Assembly: GCA_041908585.1 (NCBI GenBank)
Contig: JAYRFB010000201.1
Span: forward strand, 3,694-67,693
Direction of reading: 5' to 3'
Source: Candidatus Krumholzibacteriia bacterium
Lineage (GTDB): Bacteria; Krumholzibacteriota; Krumholzibacteriia; LZORAL124-64-63
Length of the DNA stretch: 64,000 bases
Below the pieces are notes generated by a model that saw only the letters and a list, made by a program, of their open reading frames with translations, did not search any database and was not told where the DNA came from. Positions 55,910 through 64,000 of the stretch are shown here, piece after piece (position 1 is the stretch's first letter; every line of letters begins with the position of its first letter). The position numbers and the translations under genes were made by a program.

Positions 55910-57154
55910 GGGATGATCGTCGTCATCGGCGCCGGGCCCGCGGGCCTGTTCGGCGCCATCACCGCGCGCGAACAGGCGCCGCACGTGCCGGTCATCGTCT
56001 GCGACCGGTCCGCGCGCGCGCTGGCCAAGGTCCTGGTCTCGGGCGGCGGGCGCTGCAACGTGACGCACGCCTGTTTCGACGCCAGGGAGCTGGCCACGCG
56101 CTACCCTCGCGGCGGACGCGAGCTGCGGGGCCCCCTGACGCGGTTCGGTCCGGCCGAGACGGTCGCCTGGTTCGCCGCACGCGGCGTGGCGCTGAAGACG
56201 GAGCCCGACGGGCGCATGTTCCCGGTGACCGACGACGCGCGGACGGTGGCGGGCGCACTGCTGGAGGCCGCGCGCGGGGCAGGAGTCGAGCTTCGCCTGC
56301 GGCAGGGAGTGCGGGCGCTGCTCCCGCGGCAGGGCGGCGGCTACACGGTCGAGCTGGAAGGCGGGGACGAGCTCGCCGCCGCGCGCGTCCTGCTGGCGAC
56401 CGGCGGGCGCACCTCGCGCGGCGACGGCGACGTAGCCGACGGCCACGCGCTGGCCGCGGCCCTGGGCCATGCGATCGTGCCGCCGGTGCCATCGCTGTTC
56501 AGCCTGGACTGCGATGCGACCTGGCTGACCTCGCTGGCCGGGGTCGCGGTGCCCGACGCGGCGGTGGCCGTGGGCGAGGGCCGTGCCGCCGTGCAGAGGC
56601 GCGGCCCGGTGCTGGTCACGCACCGCGGGCTGAGCGGGCCCGCCGTGCTGGTGCTCTCGGCCTGGGCGGCGCGGTCGCTGCACGACTGCGGCTACAGGAC
56701 GCAGCTGCGCGTCGACTGGCTGCCCGGCCTGCCCGCCGATGGCGCCGGCGAGATGCTGCAGGATTGGGCGCGCGGCCACGGCCGGCAGGAGATCCTGGCC
56801 GCAGGACCAGGCGGCTTGCCGCGGCGGCTGTGGGCGGCGCTGGTCGCGCGGGCCGGCATCGCCGAGGGCGATCGCTGGGGCGACCTCGGGCGCGACGCGC
56901 GACGCCGCCTGGCCGACCTGCTGCGAGCCACGCGCCTGGACACGACCGGCCAGAGCACGCACAAGGAGGAGTTCGTCACCTGCGGCGGCGTCGACCTTCG
57001 CGAGGTCGACTTCCGCACGATGGAAAGCCGGCTGTCCCCCGGTCTTCACCTGGCAGGTGAAGTGCTGGACATCGACGGCGTGACGGGCGGCTTCAACTTC
57101 CAGTCCTGCTGGACCACCGGTCGGCTGGCCGGCCTGGCGCTGGCCCGAAGCTGA
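55910..57154 (+). CDS. FAD-dependent flavoprotein of the HI0933/BaiN (aminoacetone-oxidase-like) family.
   Basis: RBS GGGAGGACGGG, then MIVVIGAGPAGLFGAI (Rossmann GxGxxG). Family blocks GGGRCNVTH and GRMFP are present. Confidence 0.8.
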   Translation, partial: GMIVVIGAGPAGLFGAITAREQAPHVPVIVCDRSARALAKVLVSGGGRCNVTHACFDARELATRYPRGGRELRGPLTRFGPAETVAWFAARGVALKTEPDGRMFPVTDDARTVAGALLEAARGAGVELRLRQGVRALLPRQGGGYTVELEGGDELAAARVLLATGGRTSRGDGDVADGHALAAALGHAIVPPVPSLFSLDCDATWLTSLAGVAVPDAAVAVGEGRAAVQRRGPVLVTHRGLSGPAVLVLSAWAARSLHDCGYRTQLRVDWLPGLPADGAGEMLQDWARGHGRQEILAAGPGGLPRRLWAALVARAGIAEGDRWGDLGRDARRRLADLLRATRLDTTGQSTHKEEFVTCGGVDLREVDFRTMESRLSPGLHLAGEVLDIDGVTGGFNFQSCWTTGRLAGLALARS

Positions 57155-57157
57155 CCT

Positions 57158-57709
57158 TCAGGCGCGCGCCTGGTCTGCGGCCTGCGCCGGTGCGACTCCC
57201 GGGCCGGCATCCGCGCTGGCGGACAGGACCCGCGACAGTTCCGCTTCCAGCGCCGCCAGCACCTCGGTCGCCTCGACAAGCCGCCGGCGCGACGCGGCGC
57301 GCGACAAGGCGCCCACCAGGGCGCCTTCCCGCGCCAGGACCCGCCGGGCCAGGTCCACACCCTCCGGCGTCAATGCCGCCAGCCGCGAGCGGCGGTGCCG
57401 CGGATTCCGGCGCCACTCGACCAGCCCCCGGGCGGTCATCGGCGCCAGCGTCTGCTGCACGTACTGCCGCGTGACCCCGTGGCGGGCGGCCAGGGCCGGG
57501 ATCGCCTGGTGCCCGCCCTGGCGCAGGTGCAGCAACAGGGCGCGCTCACCAACCGACAGGCCGTCATCGGAGTGCAGTTGCCGGGCCGCGGCTTCCAGCC
57601 GGCCCGACAGGCGGCGGACCGCTCCCATCAGGGTGCCGGCGGCGAACGCCGCCTGGGGATCGACAGAAGGAACCGACGATGGGCGGGCATGACGCGAATC
57701 GGGGGGCAC
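57158..57709 (-). CDS. MarR-family transcriptional regulator.
   Basis: Winged-helix block ERALLLHLRQGGHQAIPALAARHGVTRQYVQQTLAPMTARGLVEW. 183 aa. Confidence 0.8.
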   Translation of the reverse strand: MPPDSRHARPSSVPSVDPQAAFAAGTLMGAVRRLSGRLEAAARQLHSDDGLSVGERALLLHLRQGGHQAIPALAARHGVTRQYVQQTLAPMTARGLVEWRRNPRHRRSRLAALTPEGVDLARRVLAREGALVGALSRAASRRRLVEATEVLAALEAELSRVLSASADAGPGVAPAQAADQARA

Positions 57710-57778
57710 GTCGGTCCTTCCGGTGGCCAGAGGTGGCGGGGCGAGGGGCTGGCGCGACCTTGCGGCTTGCCACGCACT

Positions 57779-57943
57779 ATGTCAACATCATTGTCAAATT
57801 GAACATGAGACAGGAACTATCTGTCCGGTTGGCGATTGCGCCAGAACACAATCTCGGCGGCACCTGGGTCATTTGACAATTCTATTGACAATTAGAAGAC
57901 AAGCATTCAACCCCACCTCCAACTTTGACAATCATATTGACAT
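57779..57943. promoter_or_regulatory. Divergent promoter/operator region with six copies of TTGACA(A)T arranged as three 12-bp-spaced pairs.
   Basis: Minus-strand copies at 57779-57785 and 57790-57797. Plus-strand copies at 57873-80, 57885-92, 57925-32 and 57937-43. The island is AT-rich and lies between MarR (-) and a lipoprotein gene (+). Confidence 0.5.
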
Positions 57944-58039
57944 CATAACGCCCGCTGGCGCCGCATTGCTTCACATCGACCCGACCCGTAAGATGAACCA
58001 TGCCTTCGCGCCTCCCCCGCATCTCGAGGAGTCCCTGCC

Positions 58040-59179
58040 GTGGCGTTGACCGTCCCCCGCCGGGAGCACCCGGCCCTGCGCTGCGTATCGACAGCGCTGC
58101 TGCTGGCCGCGATCGCCCTGCCGGGGGCGACCGGCTGCCGCAACGAGCGACCGACCATGCCGCCGGATGCCGACCTCTGGCGGGCCGCGGACCTGCCCTA
58201 CCTGAACGTGGGCACCAGCCTCGAGGCGATCGCGTTCGACGGGAATGCCGGCTACATCCTGGGCTCTGGCCTGGCCAAGGCGGGGACCGATTACCTCCTG
58301 CTGGCGCGAGATACCTCCGGGCACTGGCTCCAGCGCCGGCTGGCCGATCCGCCTGACAACGCCGTTCTCGTGGACCTGGCCGCCGGCGCCACGGGCGTGG
58401 TCGTGGGCGGCCAACTGCAGCAGGATCTCGAGCCGTGCCTGGTCCACGACGAGCGGAATGAGCTGGCGGCCTCCATCGCGAGGGCCGGCATCGGCATCGC
58501 CGTCATCGACGGCGACGATGCCTTGATGATCGCCGGCGGACAGGCGGTCGGCGGCGCCTTGTGGCTGAGCCGTGCTCCCGGCACCTGGTCCGTCGAGGCG
58601 ACGCCGCTGAGCGCGACCCACGCAGGCGGCTTCGCGGACGTATTCGTGGCCGGCGAGCGCGCCTGGGCCTGCGGCTACGACGAGGGCTCGGACACGCCGC
58701 CTCTCGTGCTGGCCCTGGATCCGGCGGCCGGCACCTGGTCGCGGGTGCCGCTGGGTGAGGGCATCCTCGGTCGCACGTTGCGTTGCGTGGCCGCCCGCGA
58801 CGACGGCACGTTGCTCCTGGGCGGCCTCGCCGACGGCGGGTCCGGAAGCGCGCAGCCGTTCCTGCGCCTGCGCGAGCCGGGCGGCGGCTGGGTGGACCTG
58901 GAGATTCCCGACGTCGCGTTCCTGGGTTCGATCAACGACCTCCAGCCGGCCGCGGACGGAGCCTGGTACGCCGCGTGCGGCGGCACGACCGGCGCCGGCA
59001 CGGATGGCCTGGCCACCATCCTGCGCGTGTCCGGGCGCGAGGTCAGCGCCGAGTTGACGCCGTTCCACGGCGCGATCCGCCAGCTGGGCCGCGATGCCGG
59101 CGGGCTGCTCCATGCGGTCGGCTACCGAATCACCTCCGGCGGCGGCCTGCACCAGCCGCTGTTGCTGACGCGCAATTGA
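58040..59179 (+). CDS. Hypothetical lipoprotein (possible beta-propeller fold).
   Basis: GTG start. Lipobox in LLLAAIALPGATGC. No recognisable domain. Confidence 0.4.
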   Translation: MALTVPRREHPALRCVSTALLLAAIALPGATGCRNERPTMPPDADLWRAADLPYLNVGTSLEAIAFDGNAGYILGSGLAKAGTDYLLLARDTSGHWLQRRLADPPDNAVLVDLAAGATGVVVGGQLQQDLEPCLVHDERNELAASIARAGIGIAVIDGDDALMIAGGQAVGGALWLSRAPGTWSVEATPLSATHAGGFADVFVAGERAWACGYDEGSDTPPLVLALDPAAGTWSRVPLGEGILGRTLRCVAARDDGTLLLGGLADGGSGSAQPFLRLREPGGGWVDLEIPDVAFLGSINDLQPAADGAWYAACGGTTGAGTDGLATILRVSGREVSAELTPFHGAIRQLGRDAGGLLHAVGYRITSGGGLHQPLLLTRN

Positions 59180-59287
59180 CGTTGACTCACCGGACCGCCG
59201 CCCGCGTGGCCCGCAAAATGCTCCCTTTCGTCCGCAAATGGGCGCTCCGGCCGCGAGGGAAGGCCGGGACGGACGGGAGAAGGCACC

Positions 59288-60235
59288 ATGAGGAACAAGC
59301 ATCTGCTTCTGGCCCTGGCAACCATGCTGTTGGGCCCCGCCGTGGCGGGCGCCGCGATGCTGGACCAGCTGACCGCGACGGCGGATTGCAATGCCTGGAA
59401 CGCGGAGGCGACGATCACCTTCCGCCCGGGCGCCAACGCCGTCGTGCTCGTGTTCAGCATGGAGCTGACCGACTCGACGGGCGTCGAACTGGAGCGTTAC
59501 GACTGGGAGGACTGGCTGGAGATCCCCACGGTCGAGACGATGGCCTACCCGTTCAGCGGCACCTGGCAGGCGCCGCTGGCGCAGGCCGCCATGATGCGCG
59601 TGGCGGTCGAGGTCTACGACACGCGCGGCGACAGCTACGGGCTCACGATGGATGAGGTGTTGGTGACTCTCGCCTGCCCCGCGGGCGACGACACGCCGAC
59701 CCCCGCCTGCAGGCACGCTTCGCGCTGGTGGCTGCGCCACCGCGCCGAGTGGCCCGTTCATGAACTGGCACTGGGTGGCGTCAGCTACGACCTGCGCCGG
59801 CTCGAGAGGCTGCTCCGCCAGCCCCATCGCGGCCTGGTCGGGCGGCGACTGGCGCACCAGCTGGCGGTGGCGAAGCTGAACGTGGCCAACGGCGCCGCCG
59901 GTGCCGGCGAGATCGAGACTGTCGTCGCGGCGGCCGACGCCTGGCTGGCGGCCAACCCGCTCGAGAGCCGGGGCCGGCACTGCGAGCCCCGCCACAACGA
60001 GCGCAGGCAGGCGCTGCGGATGATCAAGGACCTCCACCGCTGGAACCACGGGGGCTGCCCCGACGGCGCCGCTCTGGCCGGCGACAGCGAGGACGAGATC
60101 GAGAAGGACGGGCTGACCTTCGACTTCGGCGCCGCCGACCAGGAGTTCAGTGCCGACCTGGCCGACTACGACGAGACCGACAAGTCCGCCGAGGAAACGA
60201 CCTCGCTGGGCTCGCTCAAGGCGATGTTCCGCTAG
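59288..60235 (+). CDS. Hypothetical secreted protein with an acidic C-terminal region ending ...SLKAMFR.
   Basis: Signal peptide MRNKHLLLALATMLLGPAVAGAA. No recognisable domain. The C-terminal motif is shared with the CBM-like protein at 50750..51349. Confidence 0.45.
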   Translation: MRNKHLLLALATMLLGPAVAGAAMLDQLTATADCNAWNAEATITFRPGANAVVLVFSMELTDSTGVELERYDWEDWLEIPTVETMAYPFSGTWQAPLAQAAMMRVAVEVYDTRGDSYGLTMDEVLVTLACPAGDDTPTPACRHASRWWLRHRAEWPVHELALGGVSYDLRRLERLLRQPHRGLVGRRLAHQLAVAKLNVANGAAGAGEIETVVAAADAWLAANPLESRGRHCEPRHNERRQALRMIKDLHRWNHGGCPDGAALAGDSEDEIEKDGLTFDFGAADQEFSADLADYDETDKSAEETTSLGSLKAMFR

Positions 60236-60257
60236 CTCGTCCGGGGTGCCTGACGTC

Positions 60258-60293
60258 ACGGGCCCGGGATCGGTCGCACGGTCCCGGGCCCGT
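60258..60293. terminator. Candidate bidirectional hairpin between convergent genes.
   Basis: Perfect 12-bp inverted repeat ACGGGCCCGGGA-(12 nt)-TCCCGGGCCCGT. The flanks are not T-rich, so terminator function is uncertain. Confidence 0.3.
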
Positions 60294-60318
60294 CCCGTTC
60301 ACGGCGCCTGCCGTGCGC

Positions 60319-61521
60319 TCAGCGCCGCACGACCGGCCCGGGAAAGAGAAAGCGCGCGGCGGCGGGAAAGCGCCGCGCCCAGTACGACTCGTGGTGGCGA
60401 GCCCCCTCGTCCTCGACGACCAGCAGGTCCGAGCCCTCGCTGAAGCCGCGGCGCAACAGCGCCTCGCGGAGCGCTCGCAGGTCGTCGATCGCATCATCGG
60501 TACCGTTACCGTCACCGTCGCGCAGGTTGCCGCGCTCGCGCGTGCCCATGTCCACGTACAGGCGCACCGGCGGACGCTCACGCGCGGCCACCATCGCCAG
60601 CGGGCCCGCACCGGCCCAGCCCAGGCTGGGCGAGAACGAAGCCAGCCGCCCGAACACGTCCGGGCGCGCCCACGCCGCATAGAGCGCCATGAGCCCGCCG
60701 AACGACGAGCCGCACAGGCCCGTGTGCCCCGGCCCGGGTTCGACGCGATAGGCCGCGGCTACCGCCGGCATCAGGTCGGTGACGATGGCGGCCAGGTGCG
60801 CGGCGGCGTGGCCGCCCGCGCTGCGACCGCCTGCCGGCGCCGACGGATCGGGTCCCGGCCAGGGTGTGTACTCGTCGGTCCGCAGTTCACCGCCGTTGGC
60901 CACGGCGACGACGATCAGCGGTTCCACTTCGCCCGATTCGACGAGGCGTGCCAGCGACTCGTCGATCTCCCATTCGCCGGCGAAGCTGAGCGCGGCGTCG
61001 AAGGCGTTCTGCCCGTCCAGCACGTAGAGCACGGGGTAACGCCTTTCCGGCGCCGCATCGTAGCCCGGCGGCAACCAGACCCACACGCGACGGCCGCCCA
61101 GGAAGCCGGGCACCGCGAGCGGCCTGATGTCGCCGGTCGCGGTGGCGCGGGGCGCGCTGCCGTCGGCCCAGCGGGCCACGACCAGGCGCAGCGTCGTGTC
61201 GCGGTCGGCCACGTGAAGGCGGTTCTGCAGCTCCTCGCCGGCGGCACCCTTCTCCACGCGCTCCCAGCCGCCGAGCGTGAACTTGAACTGGAGGGGACGC
61301 CCGTCGGCGAACTCGGCCTGGTACGTCCAGGCACCGTCCGCGGCGCGCTGCAGGGCCCAGGCGGGGTCGCCCGGGTGCCAGCCCTGGAAGTCCCCGGCCA
61401 GGTGAACGGTCGCGGCGGGCGGGGTCCCCGCCGGCACCGTGACCTCGAAGCGCACCGTCGCGCCGGCGGCCGGCCCCGCAGCCAGCCCGATCGCGAGGCA
61501 GATCCAGGTCTGGTTCCGCAT
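60319..61521 (-). CDS. Secreted esterase (PF00756-like / enterochelin-esterase-like alpha/beta hydrolase) with an N-terminal Ig/CBM-like domain.
   Basis: Signal peptide MRNQTWICLAIGLAAGPAAGA. An N-terminal beta-sandwich region (VHLAGDFQGWHPGD...) is followed by PGYDAAPERRYPVLYVLDGQNAF and the nucleophile elbow GSSFGG. Confidence 0.7.
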   Translation of the reverse strand: MRNQTWICLAIGLAAGPAAGATVRFEVTVPAGTPPAATVHLAGDFQGWHPGDPAWALQRAADGAWTYQAEFADGRPLQFKFTLGGWERVEKGAAGEELQNRLHVADRDTTLRLVVARWADGSAPRATATGDIRPLAVPGFLGGRRVWVWLPPGYDAAPERRYPVLYVLDGQNAFDAALSFAGEWEIDESLARLVESGEVEPLIVVAVANGGELRTDEYTPWPGPDPSAPAGGRSAGGHAAAHLAAIVTDLMPAVAAAYRVEPGPGHTGLCGSSFGGLMALYAAWARPDVFGRLASFSPSLGWAGAGPLAMVAARERPPVRLYVDMGTRERGNLRDGDGNGTDDAIDDLRALREALLRRGFSEGSDLLVVEDEGARHHESYWARRFPAAARFLFPGPVVRR

Positions 61522-61651
61522 GCTTCGCCTCCTGCCCGGCCGCACCCGGGCCGGCCGATCGCGCGGCATTTTTGCTGACGCGCCGGGTCCCGTTCGTCCA
61601 CAATGGCGCCCGTGCGCCACCGCCACCGCTCCCGTTCGCGAAGAGGGTACC

Positions 61652-63259
61652 ATGAACCGCCTCGCCTGGCTCGACTGGCTCGTCGTCGCCGCCTACTTCC
61701 TGCTGGTGTTCGCCGTCGCCTGGCTGTACACGCGACGCGAGCGCGTGCGCGAGACGTCCGGACAGTATTTCCTGGCCGGCCGCGACACCGGCTGGTTCGT
61801 GGTCGGCGCCTCGCTGTTCGCCTCCAACATCGGCTCCGAGCACCTGGTGGGGCTGGCGGGCACCGGCGCCGCCAGCGGTGTCGCCGTGGGGCAGTTCGAG
61901 GTGCTGGCCTCGCTGATCCTGCTGCTGCTGGGCTGGGTCTTCGTGCCCTTCTACCTGCGCAGCGGCGTCTCGACGATGCCGGAGTTCCTGGAGCGCCGTT
62001 ACTCGCCGGCGGCGCGCTGGTACCTGGCAGTGATCTCGGTCGTGGGCTACGTGCTGACGAAGATCTCGGTGACGATCGCGGCCGGCGGCATCGTCTTCGG
62101 CGCGCTGATGGGCCTGGACTTCTGGGTCGGCGCGCTGGTCGTGATCGTGGCCACAGGTATCTACACCGTGCTTGGCGGGCTGCGCGCCGTGCTCATCACC
62201 GACACGGTGCAGCTGTTCGTGCTGCTGGGCGGGTCGCTGGCGCTGACGTTCGTCTCGGTCGATGCCCTGGGAGGCTGGTCGCAGCTGCGCGCCTCGGCCG
62301 GGCCGGGCTTCTTCGACATGTGGCAGCCGGCTTCGCACCCGGACTTCCCCTGGACGGGCATCCTGCTGGGCGCGCCGATCCTGGGCGTCTGGTACTGGTG
62401 CACCGACCAGTTCATCGTGCAGCGCGTGCTGGCGGCGCGCAACCTGGACCACGCGCGCGGCGGCACCATCTTCGCCGGCTTCCTCAAGCTGCTGCCGGTG
62501 GTGCTGTTCGTGCTGCCGGGCGTGGCGGCCTACGGCCTGGTGCAGCAGGGGCGGCTCACGCTGGAGCGCCCCGACCAGGCGCTGCCGGCGCTGGTCACGG
62601 CGCTGCTGCCGGCAGGGCTGCGCGGTCTGGTGGTGGCGGGGCTGCTGGCGGCGCTGATGAGCTCGCTGTCGTCGGTGTTCAACTCGTGCTCGACGCTGAT
62701 GACGTTCGATGTCTACCGCAAGCTGCGCCCGGCGGCCACCGAGCGGCAGCTGGTCGCCTTCGGGCAGCTGTCGACGGGCGTGCTGGTGCTGCTGGCGCTG
62801 GCCTGGATCCCGCTGATGGAGCGCATCTCCGGCCAGCTCTACCAGTACCTGCAGAGCGTGCAGGCGTACATCTCGCCGCCGATCGCCGCGGTGTTCCTGC
62901 TGGGCCTGTTCTGGACGCGGGTCAACGCGCGCGGCGCCATGGCCGCCCTCGGCGCCGGCTTCGTCCTGGGCGCCCTGCGCCTGGTGCTGGAGCTGAACGC
63001 CGGCTCCCTGTCCGGCCCGCTGCTGGCGTACGCGCGCCTGAACTTCCTGCATTTCGCGGCGCTGCTGTTCGCGATCTGCGCGGCGGTGCTGGTGCTGGCG
63101 AGCCTGACGGCGCCGGCGCCGGCGCGCGACAAGCTGGCGGGGTTGACGTATGCGACCGCCGGGCCGAACGTGGCTTCGCGCCGGCAGGGACTGCTGATCG
63201 GGTTGAGCGGAGCCGTGGTGCTGGGCGTGGCGGTCACCTGGTGGGTGTTCCGCGGTTGA
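61652..63259 (+). CDS. Sodium:solute symporter family (SSF, SGLT-like) transporter.
   Basis: RBS AGAGGG. 535 aa with about 13-14 TM helices and the SSF block GGLRAVLITDTVQ. Confidence 0.85.
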   Translation: MNRLAWLDWLVVAAYFLLVFAVAWLYTRRERVRETSGQYFLAGRDTGWFVVGASLFASNIGSEHLVGLAGTGAASGVAVGQFEVLASLILLLLGWVFVPFYLRSGVSTMPEFLERRYSPAARWYLAVISVVGYVLTKISVTIAAGGIVFGALMGLDFWVGALVVIVATGIYTVLGGLRAVLITDTVQLFVLLGGSLALTFVSVDALGGWSQLRASAGPGFFDMWQPASHPDFPWTGILLGAPILGVWYWCTDQFIVQRVLAARNLDHARGGTIFAGFLKLLPVVLFVLPGVAAYGLVQQGRLTLERPDQALPALVTALLPAGLRGLVVAGLLAALMSSLSSVFNSCSTLMTFDVYRKLRPAATERQLVAFGQLSTGVLVLLALAWIPLMERISGQLYQYLQSVQAYISPPIAAVFLLGLFWTRVNARGAMAALGAGFVLGALRLVLELNAGSLSGPLLAYARLNFLHFAALLFAICAAVLVLASLTAPAPARDKLAGLTYATAGPNVASRRQGLLIGLSGAVVLGVAVTWWVFRG

Positions 63260-63282
63260 ACGACGCTTGAAAGGCCTGCCTC

Positions 63283-63846
63283 ATGACGGATGTTGCGCGC
63301 ACGCGCCTGCTGGAGATGCTCCTGCAGGCTGGCCGGTTGAAGACGACGCCCCGCACGGGCTGGCACCAGCGCGGCGTGCCCGCGCCCGAGAGCGTGGCCG
63401 ACCACAGCCACGGCGTGGCGTTGATCACGCTGGCGCTGCTCGACAGCGAGCCCGGGACGTTCGACCGCGCCCGCGCGCTTGCCATCGCGATCTCACATGA
63501 CCTGGCCGAGAGCGTGACCGGCGACCTGTCGCTGGGCGCCTCGCGGCTGCTGCCGGCAGGGGCCAAGATGGCGGCCGAGGCCGCCGCGCTGGACGAACTG
63601 CTGGGCGGGCTGGGCTTCGCCGGCCGCTGGAAGGCCCTCTGGGCCGAGTTCGAGGAGCAGGCCTCGCCCGAAGCGAAGCTGGTGCGCGACGCCGACCGCC
63701 TGGACCTCCTGGCCACGGCGCTTTCGTACGAGCTGTCGTCGGGATCGCGCAGCCTGGAGGAATTCTGGCGCTTCGCGCCCGAGTCCGGCTTCACCTACGA
63801 CACGAGCCGCGCCCTGGCGCGCGGCCTGAGGGAGCGCCGGCCATGA
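63283..63846 (+). CDS. HD-domain phosphohydrolase (YfbR-like 5'-deoxynucleotidase family).
   Basis: SVADHSHGVALITL... (the H..HD motif region) and DRLD. 187 aa. Confidence 0.75.
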   Translation: MTDVARTRLLEMLLQAGRLKTTPRTGWHQRGVPAPESVADHSHGVALITLALLDSEPGTFDRARALAIAISHDLAESVTGDLSLGASRLLPAGAKMAAEAAALDELLGGLGFAGRWKALWAEFEEQASPEAKLVRDADRLDLLATALSYELSSGSRSLEEFWRFAPESGFTYDTSRALARGLRERRP

Positions 63847-64000
63847 GGCTGTTCGCGGTCATGCTCGGCGGCACCGCCCCGGGCGCCAACACCGAACTGC
63901 ACGACACCGTCTTCTGCGTGGGCGAGACGATCGAGTCGACCTACGAACAGCTGATGGGCCAGTGGTTCGGCTCGCTGCGCGGCGTGCACATCGACTCCTG
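63842..64000 (+). CDS. Hypothetical protein, possibly DUF1543-like. 3' partial; it runs off the window end.
   Basis: The ATG overlaps the HD-gene stop (ATGA). The N-terminus MRLFAVMLGGTAPGANTELHDTVFCVG resembles DUF1543 N-termini as I recall them. This is an uncertain family-level recollection. Confidence 0.35.

Noticed and set aside
57873-57943. TTGACA copies interpreted as stacked sigma-70 -35 boxes.
   Set aside because: None of the four plus-strand copies has a plausible TAnnnT -10 hexamer at a 16-18 nt spacing. I therefore interpret them as operator-like repeats.

Overview
This is a 64 kb stretch of a very GC-rich bacterial chromosome. I estimate about 70% GC by eye; I did not compute it. 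Coding density is high and several gene junctions overlap by four bases (ATGA or GTGA), which suggests translational coupling. I recognised no rRNA, tRNA, CRISPR array, transposase, integrase or phage gene. A T9SS-type C-terminal sorting domain, MopE-like Cys-rich repeats and TSP3/OmpA repeats in a high-GC background point towards Gemmatimonadota or a similar phylum; that placement is inference.

Main gene content, in order:
- Left end (1..8325): a 5' partial Pta-family fragment, a family-2 glycosyltransferase coupled to a VanZ-like membrane protein, Fe-SOD, a SAM methyltransferase, two DinB-family proteins, ArfB, a cupin, and an ECF sigma/anti-sigma pair.
- 8363..10098 (minus strand): a radical SAM/SPASM enzyme followed 35 nt later by an RBS-preceded 62-aa acidic peptide with three cysteines. 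This looks like a candidate, possibly undescribed, RiPP-like system and is the most interesting locus here.
- 10458..17883: prkA, a yeaH-like (DUF444) gene, spoVR and a second PrkA-like AAA+ gene, with a σ54-like -24/-12 element upstream.
- 17911..20608: a GH43-like lipoprotein with MopE-type repeats, then galE.
- 20938..26491: a periplasmic electron-transfer module made of a Tat-secreted 4x[4Fe-4S] HybA/NrfC-like protein, an NrfD-like membrane subunit and a ~13-heme cytochrome c, with no catalytic subunit. A strikingly AT-rich island sits just upstream. A diheme cytochrome c and a heme-binding-domain protein lie divergently.
- 26600..40620: an extracytoplasmic protein repair and turnover neighbourhood. 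It holds a DsbD-alpha-like lipoprotein with a redoxin, an M16 peptidase, signal-peptide-bearing MsrA and Pcm, and an S8 peptidase. Ogt, a YaiI-family protein, two transporters and a tandemly duplicated, apparently periplasmic beta-carbonic anhydrase with a His-rich N-terminus are interleaved.
- 40779..52408: two amino-acid transporters, an esterase, guaA, a TonB-dependent receptor, a GH16 glucanase carrying a T9SS sorting domain, a CBM4_9-like protein, a Lon-N domain protein and a small membrane protein.
- Right end (52525..64000): an OmpA protein with TSP3 repeats, a CysQ-like nucleotidase, a flavoprotein, a MarR regulator whose divergent AT-rich promoter holds six TTGACA(A)T copies in 12-bp-spaced pairs, hypothetical secreted proteins, a second esterase, a second SSF symporter, an HD protein and a partial DUF1543-like ORF.

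Several perfect GC-rich hairpins sit between convergent genes and are called as terminators. Many long ORFs in the supplied track are antisense or alternative-frame artefacts of high GC and were rejected.
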